From: an uncultured Verrucomicrobiae bacterium
Lineage (GTDB): Bacteria; Verrucomicrobiota; Verrucomicrobiia; Limisphaerales; Palsa-1400
NCBI GenBank assembly: GCA_963764165.1
Contig: CAVXRD010000002.1
Location: 800,001-864,000 of the forward strand
Length of the DNA stretch: 64,000 nucleotides
Direction of reading: 5' to 3'
Made by a program: the position numbers and the translations under genes. Positions 40,610-50,388 of the stretch are shown piece after piece; the stretch's first letter is position 1; each line of letters opens with the position of its first letter. The notes under the pieces were generated by a model, which saw only the letters and a program-made list of their open reading frames with translations, was not told the DNA's origin and searched no databases.

Positions 40610-40814
40610 TTCTCTTTGCGGCCTCGTCTCCTTGTTGTTTTCTTGAGGTCCTCGGCGGCCTGGCGCGCATCGCTTTGGCGGGGCCAACCGGAAACAGCAA
40701 ATGGATTGGACAGAAGCACACGAAGGCCACGAAGTGGAAAAGGCGTTGACGCCAGCTATCTAGGCCAAACCCTGCGTCCTCCGCGCGATGGCGCTTAAAG
40801 CAACGATGAAACCA
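40610..40814. repeat. Uninterrupted diverged paralog of the ~200-bp repeat that copy 1 sits in
   Basis: tccttgttgtt and cacgaagtggaaaaggcgttgacgccagctatctaggcc...gcaacgatgaaacca resemble 39701-39711 and 39811-39896. Confidence 0.7.
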
Positions 40815-40908
40815 AATGCCGGACGGAAAAACTTTCGCGCAGAGAAGATGAGTGCGCAGAGGAACTCAAAGACAAATCCGCACTCATCTGAAAACAGCGC
40901 GGATCACG

Positions 40909-41020
40909 TTTTTTGGATGCGGCTCTGCCGCACCGTGCCCTTGCGCCCTCCCGTTTAAATCCCCCCTCCCTCGGATTCAAAAGCGGACGCCAAGGCCCAA
41001 GGGCGTAAAGACTTTGCCGA
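40909..41020. repeat. Degenerate solo element end plus palindromic flank, paralogous to 43344-43468
   Basis: tttttggatgcggctctgccgcaccgtgcccttgcgccct...ccctccctcg...gacgccaaggcccaagggcgtaaagactttgccga. Confidence 0.7.
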
Positions 41021-41187
41021 TTCACATTTATGCCTCTTCCGGGACCTGCAGGAAAACATGTGATTATGTTGGTCTGACCTTGCGGGCGCAATTTTGAGGA
41101 CAATAGGTCGGCGACTATTCGCTAGTCGGGGGCTAACTGCCTCTGATCCGTCAGCGTCGGGTGATTCAAGCGCGCTGAATGGTCAAC

Positions 41188-41331
41188 TCACATAGAGCCA
41201 AAGCCCGCCTTGCCCTCCAACACCATCAGGAAAAAAACAATTGCAACCGGAATTCCGACAATCAGAATCGCGCCGATAACGAGCAACAAAACCGCCCGCG
41301 TTAGGCGATATGGCTTTTCCTCACACCTCAT
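41188..41331 (-). CDS. Small membrane protein (47 aa)
   Basis: Hand translation MRCEEKPYRLTRAVLLLVIGAILIVGIPVAIVFFLMVLEGKAGFGSM; below the ORF-track size cutoff. Confidence 0.35.
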   Translation of the reverse strand: MRCEEKPYRLTRAVLLLVIGAILIVGIPVAIVFFLMVLEGKAGFGSM

Positions 41332-41583
41332 AAAACGCAAGCATGCCTGAGATGTTTGCCGCAGTCAAAGAGATCGAAGATCATCAATACGGTTGCTCGG
41401 GCAGAAGCGTGGCAATTCTTTCATCTAAGTCACGGGCGCATCCCGGTTTTTGACAAGCTTGGAAACGAAGTACGCCAGGCATGCCGACAGTGATCGCTCT
41501 CGCCCCGTCCCGCCGCGGCGGGAGGAGAGAGAAGGAGAGAGGGCCCTTTGCAATCCACACTGCGGCCTCACCTCAATTTGGCA

Positions 41584-41605
41584 GGGCGGACCTGCGTGTC
41601 CGCCC
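41584..41605. repeat. REP-like hairpin
   Basis: gggcggac-ctgcgt-gtccgccc, a perfect 8-bp stem. Confidence 0.55.
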
Positions 41606-41661
41606 AAACCTTCATCCCAAATCTCACCCGCATTCACACACCTGCCGCGCCCTCATCCTTG

Positions 41662-43369
41662 CAGTGCTATTTCGGAAAACTCTTCATTTTTGGCAAAGTT
41701 TTAGGCGGCGAGTTTGGTCAATTTGTCCACGTCCGCTTTGCGGGCGGTCAAGAGCGCAGTAATGGTGGTGCGCCCTTTCTCGGTGACAACATAGCGGTGG
41801 GTGCCGCTGACTTTGGCGATCAAGCCATGCGCTCGCAGGAGCCGCAGTCGGCGTCCAATCCAGCCCATTCTGCGTTTGAGTTCGCGGTCATCGCACCGGC
41901 TGGGAAAATAGGCCTGCCGAATGTCTCGACTGCGAAAGCCGTTGAGGGCGTACTCTCCCTGGCTGACCATTTCCAAAAGGCGTCCGTCCTCCGGGGCCCA
42001 AGGATTGAGGGCGCGGTAGCGCCGCCCCGCCTGCCGCAGGGGCTTGCAGCATTTTTCAACCCATTGGAACAGCGGCACCGTTCCGCTGACGGATCCCAAC
42101 GCCTGCAAATAACGTTCATTGGCCCGGTGAGAGATTTCTTTGCGCCGTTTCAGGTCGGCCAGCCCCCGGCGCAATGTCAGCCAGCGTTTGGCCTCCTTGG
42201 GCCGGCCTTCCGGTTTGCGATAAACTTTAAATTCCTCCGGGTGCGTCACCGTCGTTTCGATCCGCAAAACCGAGCCCTGCTTGTCGTAAAATTTGATCGA
42301 GTTGCCGTTAAGACTGTGCTTGACCCGCACGCCCTCCGGCCGCCGTTTGGTGTCGCTGGTGATTTCGCCCTCAAACTGGCCTGTACACCCTGCCCGTGCT
42401 GATGGGAACGTATCGGCCCAAAAACCTCATCACGTCCGCGCTGGAAAAGGAACTGATGGCATGGTGAACCAGGCTGGGATAAAGCCGGGCCAGGCTCTCG
42501 GGCTCCTTGAAAATGACATCGGTGGCATATTCGGTGTCCGAAGCGCTCCAATAGTATTTGAGGTTCAGCGGCTGGCAAATCGACCGGTGCAGGGGATGAA
42601 CCTCATTGAGCAGCCGGCCCAGCTCCTTGGGCCAGTCAGTTTGCAGTTGCTGGTCCAGCAGGCCTTGAGCGCGCCCCATATCGGCCACCCGCAAAAAGGT
42701 GTTCTCCTTCTTTTGATAGGCAATGCCTGCCTGATCCAACTGCTTTCCCAGCCAATGCCGGCCATTGAGGCAGATATTAATCTGGAAGGGAAACCAGGTT
42801 TGCAGGCGCAGGTGCATGAAGCCAAACTTGGAATGCTCGAAATAGAAATAAAGATGGCTGCACTTGCGCTGCTGAACCTTCACCTCAATGTGTTTGGTTT
42901 GGGGGTTTCCGACGACTTGAAAGGACATGCAGGGTTCCGTGCAATTGAGAATGGCGATCAGTCCCTCGGTGATTTTATCGCGGGCGGCAATCTTGCGCGC
43001 CACCTCCTCCTTGCTGGTTTGGCTGGAGGGGACGAAAAGAAAAGGCCGCCCGGCTGTTTGTGCCAGGGCCCTGGCTTTGTCTTTGACCGCTTTGGTGGTC
43101 CGTTCGACCAACTGGCTGAAATCCTTGATCAGAATGTGGCAGGCGTTCAAGTAGGCCTCCATCACCTGGGGGCCGTACAACTGGCGCAGCGTCCCGCGCA
43201 ATCGCAGGCGATCAAAGCCCGAAAGAACTCCTAGAATTGAGGAAGCATGTTTGTGTACAAAAGAGTTGGAAGCGCCGTCATGGGTAAGCGGTTTGTTTTG
43301 CATACATCCAATCTTACCCAGACCGGACGGCGCTTTCCTCTTATTTTTGGTTGCGGCTTTGCCGCGCTG
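41662..43369 (-). mobile_element. IS-like element, copy 2 (1708 bp)
   Basis: Matches copy 1 wherever compared, including translations of several frames, except for one extra T at 42382. Confidence 0.85.
41701..43303 (-). pseudogene. Frameshifted copy of the 533-aa putative transposase (possibly a sequencing error)
   Basis: Split into 310-aa and 209-aa ORFs by ctggcCTGtac versus ctggcCGtac in copy 1. Confidence 0.75.
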
Positions 43370-43509
43370 TGGCCTTGCGCCCTTGCGTTAAATATTCCCT
43401 CTCCCTCGAACTCAGAGGGGAATTTAACGCCAAGACGCCGAGGCCCCAGGGCGCAAAGATTTCGCCGAGTGCAGGAGTATTTTGAGGTCAAATCCGTCAA
43501 ATGAATAAC

Positions 43510-43979
43510 ATGAAAATCATCCGCCCGCTCGTGCTTGCAACGGCTTTCGTTCTCGGCTTCGCCTACATCGTCGGGGCGCGCGCCGTTCGCATCTGGCCGT
43601 ATCAAGAGCTTCTTGAAAAGTCTGACTTAGTGGTCCTTGCCACTCCCACAGCCACCAACGATACAACGGAGCACATCGACCTGCCTGGCTTCGCTGGCGA
43701 GCACGTCATCGGCTTCGAAACTAGATTTACCGTTTCAGCAGGTACTCAAGGGTGATAAGTCGCGAAAGGATTTTGTGTTTCACCACTACCGAACCACCGA
43801 CGGTTCAAATATTCCCCACATTGCTAACGGCCCGACTTTTGTCTCCTTCAAACTTGCCACGAACCCGACAGTTGCTCCGAGTGACATTTATTCTCTTCCT
43901 CATACGCGAACCGGATGGGCGCTTCGGGCCCGTAGTTGGTCAAACAGACCCCCGGGGAGCCGTTAGAGAACTTAGATAA
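43510..43979 (+). pseudogene. Hypothetical secreted protein split by two +1 frameshifts
   Basis: MKIIRPLV...ETRFTVSA | VLKGDK...NPTVAP | TFILFLIREPDGRFGPVVGQTDP reads as one coherent protein across shifts at ~43741 and ~43881. Confidence 0.65.
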
Positions 43980-44118
43980 ATCAGCAGATCCGCTTTCGCA
44001 TATTTGGCCGCTCGGCATCCTTTCGTTGCGCGGATCGAAAAGGCCACGTTCCGCAAACCCGCGGTAGAAAAAAGCGTTATGGATTGGCACTGCCGCTGGT
44101 TCGGATTATCCTCCGCTC

Positions 44119-44982
44119 ATGCTTTCGCGACTCAGAAACAGATTGGTTCATGCAGACCGGCGGAACTTCGTCGCGTTTCTTGGATGGAGCTTTTGCGCCG
44201 TCTTTGGCTGTTTCGCGGGGCCTGAAGTTTCGAGTTCACCCGATTCCGACTCCGCAGTCCTGACGATTAAGTTTATTTCACAAGACGGTAAGGCGATGCG
44301 AAAGGTGGAAATCCCCGCGCGGCCCGGCGTTCCGTTCGCGGTGAAAACCAATGATGCGGCTGGCAATCATTTTCAGGTGACCGGCAAGCTGCTGCAGAAG
44401 GCCGGACACAAGGTAGGGTTTGAGCAAGTTCGCGTGGCATTTCAGGCGGCGGATGGCGCAGACGGTTTTTCCGGCGTGGGGCCGTCCGAGCTGGAACTCG
44501 GGCGGGAATGGAGCGTGTATATGGTGGCTGGGCTTACGCTCTATGGATACAGCGTCAGCTATGCGGACAAGAACAGTCCTCTGATCAAGGCCGTTCCGGG
44601 CGCAGGCGGGCTTGCGGTGACTTTTTTGGGAATTCGCGGCACCAATACGATAGGCGGCGCGCCCATTCCGGAGGGAACGCCGGTTTTCGAACAGTGTGGA
44701 ACCAATCCGCCCCAGCGAATAAATGTGAAAGTCGGTGCGGGCAACACTTACGAAGAGCCGGTTGGGTTTTTCATGCCAATCGTCCCCTCTTCTTCCGCAG
44801 ACGACGCGCAATCCCCGCAAAACATGCCTGCGATGAAAGCGCCGGACGACCGCATCTCGTTTACGAACAAGGGGTACATCTATATTAACGGGTCAAATGT
44901 TGGGACGCTTTCGCGCATCGTCACCTTGTCAAATCCGTCACCGGGGAGTTCGGCGGGTATAGTAACAGTCAAGTCGAATTAG
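44119..44982 (+). CDS. Hypothetical exported protein
   Basis: 287-aa ORF with a hydrophobic N-terminal segment; no family recognised. Confidence 0.5.
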   Translation: MLSRLRNRLVHADRRNFVAFLGWSFCAVFGCFAGPEVSSSPDSDSAVLTIKFISQDGKAMRKVEIPARPGVPFAVKTNDAAGNHFQVTGKLLQKAGHKVGFEQVRVAFQAADGADGFSGVGPSELELGREWSVYMVAGLTLYGYSVSYADKNSPLIKAVPGAGGLAVTFLGIRGTNTIGGAPIPEGTPVFEQCGTNPPQRINVKVGAGNTYEEPVGFFMPIVPSSSADDAQSPQNMPAMKAPDDRISFTNKGYIYINGSNVGTLSRIVTLSNPSPGSSAGIVTVKSN

Positions 44983-45012
44983 CCCAACGACGGGAGCGGT
45001 GGGCAATCGAAC

Positions 45013-46524
45013 TTGTTGTATACTATACGTCACTGGGTTAGATACCCCATAACCCATTGCGGGGTGTCCAGATACAACTGTTTCGTGATTCCTCAGGATC
45101 TTACGGGGTCGAGCGGGCTTCCGACAGAGGGGGATGGGAATCGAGTTTCTGAGGGTGTCAAATCAACTGGCGAAGCGCATCCCCCGTTTGTCCCCGGCCA
45201 TGAAACGCAAATAAGACGCGCTGAAATGCGAACGGCTCAAGCGGAAGCGCGAACCGAAGAAGCCCGCACCCGAACTGAACAGGCAGAAACCCGGACGGAA
45301 CAAGCCGAGACGCGCACCGAGCAGGCCAGAACGCGCACGGAAAAAGCCGAGGCCCGGACCGAAGAAGCGGAAACGCGCAGCGAGCAAGTAATCCGCGACT
45401 CTGAAATCCGGTATCGCCGCTTATTTGAAGCCACCAAGGATGGCATCTTGATTCTGGAAGCGGACACGGGGCGGATAAGCGACGCCAATCCGTTCCTTAT
45501 GGAAATGCTCGGCTTTTCTCACGACGAACTGGTCGGGAAACCCATTTGGGAGCTGGGCCCTTTCAAAGATGTCGTTTCCAACAAAGCCAATTTTGAGAAA
45601 TTGCATCGGCAAGGGTATGTGCTCGCAAAAAACCTGCCGATGGAAACGAGAGACGGCCGCAAGATCGCCGTTGAATTTGTCACCAACGTGTATCATTCGG
45701 GCGACCGCAACGCAATTCAATGCAACGTCCGCGACATCACGGAGCGCTGCCAGGCCGAGGAGCAAATCCAAGCCATTCATGCGCAACTGGAAAGACGCGT
45801 CGCCGAATGCACAGCGCAACTGGAATCCGTCAATGCGGAGTTGAAATCCGCCAATTTCGAGCTGGATGCCTTCAGTTATTCTGTCTCCCACGACTTGGTC
45901 GCGCCTGTGCGCCAAGTCATCGGCTTTGTCGAACTGCTTCAGAAAGACCCGGCCCTGTCGCTGTCTGAAAAAAATCTGGGCCGCATGGCGATGATTCTCG
46001 ATGCCTCAAAACGCATGGAGGCCATGATAAAGGACCTGCTGGCCTTCTCGCGCGTTGGAAAATTCGAGATGCAGATGGCGACCGTCAACCTCAGCGAATT
46101 GGTTCGAGGGACCTTGGGCTATTTCGCAAAAGAGACGGAAAGCAGGAATATCGCTTGGGAAATCCACCCTCTGCCGCCCGTGCGCGGAAGCCTGGCCTTG
46201 CTGCGAATGGTGCTGGTCAATCTGATGTCCAACGCAGTCAAATTTACCGGAGCGTGCGACGAGGCAAAAATCGAAATCGGCTGCTTTCCCGGCCTCGAAA
46301 GCGAGACGACGATATTTGTTCGCGACAATGGCGCTGGATTCGATCCGGCATGCGTCGGAAAGCTTTTTGGGGTGTTTCAGCGCCTGCATACGGAGGCCCA
46401 GTTCGAAGGCACCGGAATAGGTTTGGCCAATGTTCACCGGATCATACAGCGCCACAGCGGCAGGGTTTGGGCCGAGGGCGTGGTGGACGGCGGCGCGACA
46501 TTTTATTTTTCGATTCCCAAATAG
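45013..46524 (+). CDS. PAS-domain sensor histidine kinase with N-terminal heptad repeats (true start probably further downstream)
   Basis: YRRLFE PAS entry, FSYSVSHDL H-box, NLMSNAVKF, RDNGAGF and GTGIGLA motifs. Confidence 0.92.
   Translation: MLYTIRHWVRYPITHCGVSRYNCFVIPQDLTGSSGLPTEGDGNRVSEGVKSTGEAHPPFVPGHETQIRRAEMRTAQAEARTEEARTRTEQAETRTEQAETRTEQARTRTEKAEARTEEAETRSEQVIRDSEIRYRRLFEATKDGILILEADTGRISDANPFLMEMLGFSHDELVGKPIWELGPFKDVVSNKANFEKLHRQGYVLAKNLPMETRDGRKIAVEFVTNVYHSGDRNAIQCNVRDITERCQAEEQIQAIHAQLERRVAECTAQLESVNAELKSANFELDAFSYSVSHDLVAPVRQVIGFVELLQKDPALSLSEKNLGRMAMILDASKRMEAMIKDLLAFSRVGKFEMQMATVNLSELVRGTLGYFAKETESRNIAWEIHPLPPVRGSLALLRMVLVNLMSNAVKFTGACDEAKIEIGCFPGLESETTIFVRDNGAGFDPACVGKLFGVFQRLHTEAQFEGTGIGLANVHRIIQRHSGRVWAEGVVDGGATFYFSIPK
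45229..45387 (+). repeat. Seven-plus degenerate 21-bp coding tandem repeats (RTEQAET)
   Basis: RTAQAEA RTEEART RTEQAET RTEQAET RTEQART RTEKAEA RTEEAET RSEQ. Confidence 0.85.
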
Positions 46525-46604
46525 AACGGCATCAATATGGCGACTACACGCACCAAAATAATCGCTCCATCAACGACGGCCGCCGGGGCGAGGCCGGCCA
46601 ATAA

Positions 46605-48158
46605 ATGAAATCACCTCTCCGCATCCTCCATTTGGAGGACGATCCGCGGGACGCCGCGCTTGTGCATGCCGCCTTGGAAGACCAAAGCATTAAGTGTGAA
46701 TCCATTCTCGTGCAAAACCGCAATGATTTTGTGGCGGAGCTTGAGCGCGGCGGAATTGACTTGATCCTTTCGGATTTCTCGCTGCCGACGTTTGATGGTT
46801 TGGCCGCGGCCCAAATCGTGCGACAGCGCTGGCCGGCCATACCGTTGATACTCGTGTCTGGAACGCTTGGCGAAGACTTGTGCATTGATTCGTTCAAAAA
46901 CGGCGCGACAGATTATGTGTTGAAAGAGCGTCTATCCCGGCTCGCTCCGGCGGTGCGCCGCGCCATGGAGGAATCCGAACGGCGCGCTGAACAAAAAAAA
47001 TTGGAAGCCAACCTGATCGAGGCGCAGAAAATGGACGTGCTTGGACAGCTCGCCGGCGGCGTGGCGCACGATTTCAATAACATTCTGGCGGTGATCATGG
47101 GATACACCGACCTGACGATTCGAAAACTGGCCTCCAACAATGAAGCGCTCTCAAATTTGGAGACAATCCGGTCAGCAGCCGAACGCGCGGTCGGATTGAC
47201 TCGGCAACTGCTGATTTTCAGCCGCAAACAAACCGTGCAGCCGACGGTGCTGAACCTCAACGATGTGGTGAGCGACCTGGATAAAATGCTGCGCCGGCTT
47301 ATTGATGAAAACATCGAAATAAAGATCATCCCAGGCCTTCACCTCGGGCGGATCAATGCGGACTCGGGGTATCTTGGCCAGGTGGTGATGAATCTTGTCG
47401 TAAACGCCCGGGACGCCATGCCCGACGGCGGAGTCATCACCATCGCCGCCAGCAATGAAGCGCTGGATGAAAACTTCGCGCGCGCGCACGCGGGTGTCAA
47501 ACCTGGCAGCTATGTGATGCTCAGTGTCAGCGACACGGGAACCGGCATGACGGAGGAAGTCAAATCGCATCTGTTTGAGGCTTTTTTTACGACGAAGCCC
47601 AAGGGCAAGGGGACTGGCCTGGGTTTGACCACCTGCCAGACGATCGTCCATCAATCCTGCGGACATATCGTTGTCGACAGCAAGGTCAGCCACGGCACAA
47701 CCTTCCGCGTCTATTTTCCACGAGTTGACCAGCCACTGGATGTTTCCGCGAAGGCCAGCCAAAATGGGCCGCTGCCGCGGGGGACCGAGACGCTGCTGCT
47801 GGTGGAGGATGAACCGGCCGTGCGCAATGTGACATGCAGAATACTCGAGACCCAAGGCTATCGCGTGCTGCGGGCGAGCAACGGCAAGGAAGGGTTGCAG
47901 GTGGCGCGCGAATTCCATGAGCATCCAATTAGTCTCGTCATCACCGACATCATCATGCCCCTTATGAGTGGGAAAGTAATGGCGGAATGGCTGAAGACCG
48001 CTAATCCTGAGTTAAAAATCCTCTTCACCTCCGGTTACAACGATGAAGCCATTGTAAATCAAGGAGTCTTTGAAAAAGGGGTTGATTTTCTGGCCAAACC
48101 ATTCTCTCCTGCGACGCTGTCCCACAAAATCCGTCAAATGCTGGACGGCCCCTGCTAA
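46605..48158 (+). CDS. Hybrid histidine kinase (REC-HisKA-HATPase-REC)
   Basis: ILHLEDD, GVAHDFNN, FFTTKPKGKGTGLGL and LLVEDE...ITDIIMP motifs. Confidence 0.95.
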   Translation: MKSPLRILHLEDDPRDAALVHAALEDQSIKCESILVQNRNDFVAELERGGIDLILSDFSLPTFDGLAAAQIVRQRWPAIPLILVSGTLGEDLCIDSFKNGATDYVLKERLSRLAPAVRRAMEESERRAEQKKLEANLIEAQKMDVLGQLAGGVAHDFNNILAVIMGYTDLTIRKLASNNEALSNLETIRSAAERAVGLTRQLLIFSRKQTVQPTVLNLNDVVSDLDKMLRRLIDENIEIKIIPGLHLGRINADSGYLGQVVMNLVVNARDAMPDGGVITIAASNEALDENFARAHAGVKPGSYVMLSVSDTGTGMTEEVKSHLFEAFFTTKPKGKGTGLGLTTCQTIVHQSCGHIVVDSKVSHGTTFRVYFPRVDQPLDVSAKASQNGPLPRGTETLLLVEDEPAVRNVTCRILETQGYRVLRASNGKEGLQVAREFHEHPISLVITDIIMPLMSGKVMAEWLKTANPELKILFTSGYNDEAIVNQGVFEKGVDFLAKPFSPATLSHKIRQMLDGPC

Positions 48159-48381
48159 AAGAGTCGCGACGAAAGGGCGTCATCGCGCTTCTCGTCGGAC
48201 GTACGGGAGGAATAGGACGAATAGGTCATAGGGGGCTTATTTTGCGCTTTAGCAATTCGGGCGAAAGTTCAAGGCGGAAAATGACATGCGTCAACGAAAG
48301 AGTTTGCAAACTTTCAGAAAATTCCCAACAATGCCGAAAAAATGAGACGAAGAGGCACGCAAATGACGCATTCATTTCATT

Positions 48382-50370
48382 TTGAAAACTTTAAGCAGCC
48401 CCAATAGTTCCGCGCGAATTCTATCCGGAATGGCATTCCTTTGCCTTCTGGGACTCGTTTCCATCCCCGCCAACGCCCATTTCTCGGACGGCGATGACGA
48501 TGATCTTTTCAACAAGCCTCTCCAGGACTTAATGCAGATGCAGGTGACCATCGCCAAGGGAACCCCGGAAAGCCTGGCCGATACCTCCGCCGCCGTCTCA
48601 GTCATCACTCAGGATGACATCCAGCGCTCGGGGGCGACCTCCATTGCCGAAGCGCTGCGCACGGTCCCGGGCATGGACGTGGCCCGGCTGGATAGCCACA
48701 CTTGGGCGGTGAGCGCTCGCGGGTTCAACGATGTTTTCGCGGACAAGCTTCTGGTTCTTATTGACGGGCGGACGGTTTACACGCCGCTGTTCTCGGGCGT
48801 GTTCTGGGATGTGCAGGATACCTTGCTGGAGGACATCGACCATATCGAGGTTGTCCGTGGGCCGGGCGCGACGCTTTGGGGCGCCAACGCCGTCAATGGT
48901 GTCATCAATATCATCACCAAGTCCGCCGCCAATACGGAGGGGGTGCTGGTTTCGGGCGGCGGCGGAACGCAGGAAGGCGATTTCGCAAACGTGCGCTACG
49001 GAGCTTCCCTGGCCCCGGGGATTTTCCTTCGCGGCTACGCCCGGTATTTCGACCGTGACGATTCGAACCTCCCAAAAGGCAGCCCCGCCGACGACGCGTG
49101 GTCGATGTTCCGCGGCGGATTTCGTTTTGACATCGACCGCACCAACCAAAACACGCTGACCATCCAGGGTGACGGCTACACAGGAAACGAGCATGAGATT
49201 TACATGGTCGCGCCCGCGCCCCTCGCATCGGTGGACAATGTTTCCGGCGAGAATCTTTCGGGCCGGTGGCAGCACGCCTTTTCCGAAGACTCGAATTTGA
49301 AGGTGCAGCTTGACATGGATCGAACAGTGCGCGACGCGGTGGTCTTTGGCGAGGAGCGGAACACGTTTGACCTCAATGCCCAGCATAATTTCGACATCGG
49401 CGAGCGCAACGAGGTCGTGTGGGGACTGGAATACCGCTTTTCGGATGCCGTCCTGCGAAACACTCCTTACCTCACATTCACTGATCCGTATCGGAGCCTG
49501 AATTGGTACACGGCGTTCCTTCAGGACGACGTCGCGCTTGTCCACACAAATCTCCATTTGATCGTCGGCTCCAAATTTGAGGACAACGATTTTACGGGTT
49601 TCGAAGTGCAACCCAGCGCGCGGCTGCTTTGGACGCCGGGCGGACGGCAGACTGTGTGGGGTTCGGTGTCACGGGCGGTGCGAACTCCGTCAGAGGCGGA
49701 AACCGAAGTTGTTCTCAACACGGCTGGAATTCCGGCAGTCGGAAATCCGCGCATGCTGTCTGAAGAACTTCTAGCTTACGAATTGGGATACCGGATTCAA
49801 CCGCTTGACCGCCTGTCGCTGGAAGCCACGGCTTACTACAATCACTACGACCGTTTGCGCAGCGAGAATTTGATGATCACCGGAACCGGCCCCGAGCTTG
49901 AGGCCGGCAACACCATTGGCGCGCACGGTTACGGCGGCGAGCTTTCCGGCTCCTGGCAAGTTTCCCACCCGTGGCGATTGCAGACGGGATTGAGCTACAG
50001 CGAGATTAACACAACTGGCTCCGATCAAATTCACACCGAGGATTTGCTGGCGTGGTCGAATCCGCGCTATCAGGCGTTCCTGCGCTCGTCGCTGGACATC
50101 CTGACGAATGTTTCGCTGGACGGCACTCTGCGGTATGTCGATACGATCTCGTTTCCGGCTTCGGGATTGCCGGGCGTCGATACGCGGATTCCGTCCTATG
50201 TGACCTTCGACGCCAGATTGTCATGGCGCGTGACGAAAAATGTGGAAGTCTCGATTGTCGGCCAGAACCTCGCGCAATCGCAGCATTTGGAATTTGCCCC
50301 GACCACCATCCCCACCGAACAAACGGCAGTATTGCGAAGCGTTTACGGCAAGGTAACGCTGCGCTTCTGA
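48382..50370 (+). CDS. TonB-dependent receptor
   Basis: Plug motifs VSVITQDDI, LVLIDGR and IEVVRGPGATLWGANAVNGVINIITK; C-terminal Phe. Confidence 0.95.
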   Translation: MKTLSSPNSSARILSGMAFLCLLGLVSIPANAHFSDGDDDDLFNKPLQDLMQMQVTIAKGTPESLADTSAAVSVITQDDIQRSGATSIAEALRTVPGMDVARLDSHTWAVSARGFNDVFADKLLVLIDGRTVYTPLFSGVFWDVQDTLLEDIDHIEVVRGPGATLWGANAVNGVINIITKSAANTEGVLVSGGGGTQEGDFANVRYGASLAPGIFLRGYARYFDRDDSNLPKGSPADDAWSMFRGGFRFDIDRTNQNTLTIQGDGYTGNEHEIYMVAPAPLASVDNVSGENLSGRWQHAFSEDSNLKVQLDMDRTVRDAVVFGEERNTFDLNAQHNFDIGERNEVVWGLEYRFSDAVLRNTPYLTFTDPYRSLNWYTAFLQDDVALVHTNLHLIVGSKFEDNDFTGFEVQPSARLLWTPGGRQTVWGSVSRAVRTPSEAETEVVLNTAGIPAVGNPRMLSEELLAYELGYRIQPLDRLSLEATAYYNHYDRLRSENLMITGTGPELEAGNTIGAHGYGGELSGSWQVSHPWRLQTGLSYSEINTTGSDQIHTEDLLAWSNPRYQAFLRSSLDILTNVSLDGTLRYVDTISFPASGLPGVDTRIPSYVTFDARLSWRVTKNVEVSIVGQNLAQSQHLEFAPTTIPTEQTAVLRSVYGKVTLRF

Positions 50371-50388
50371 CCAGGGCTAATAAAAACA

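Noticed and set aside
39699..41661. Integron cassette array (small genes separated by palindromes)
   Set aside because: I could not identify attC-type RYYYAAC/GTTRRRY box pairs at the gene ends, and there is no integron integrase nearby.
42371..42390. Programmed frameshift in element copy 2
   Set aside because: There is no slippery sequence, and copy 1 is a continuous ORF differing by one base.
45229..45387. CRISPR-like array
   Set aside because: The repeats are contiguous, in-frame 21-mers without spacers. No cas genes or repeat-spacer arrays were seen anywhere in the window.
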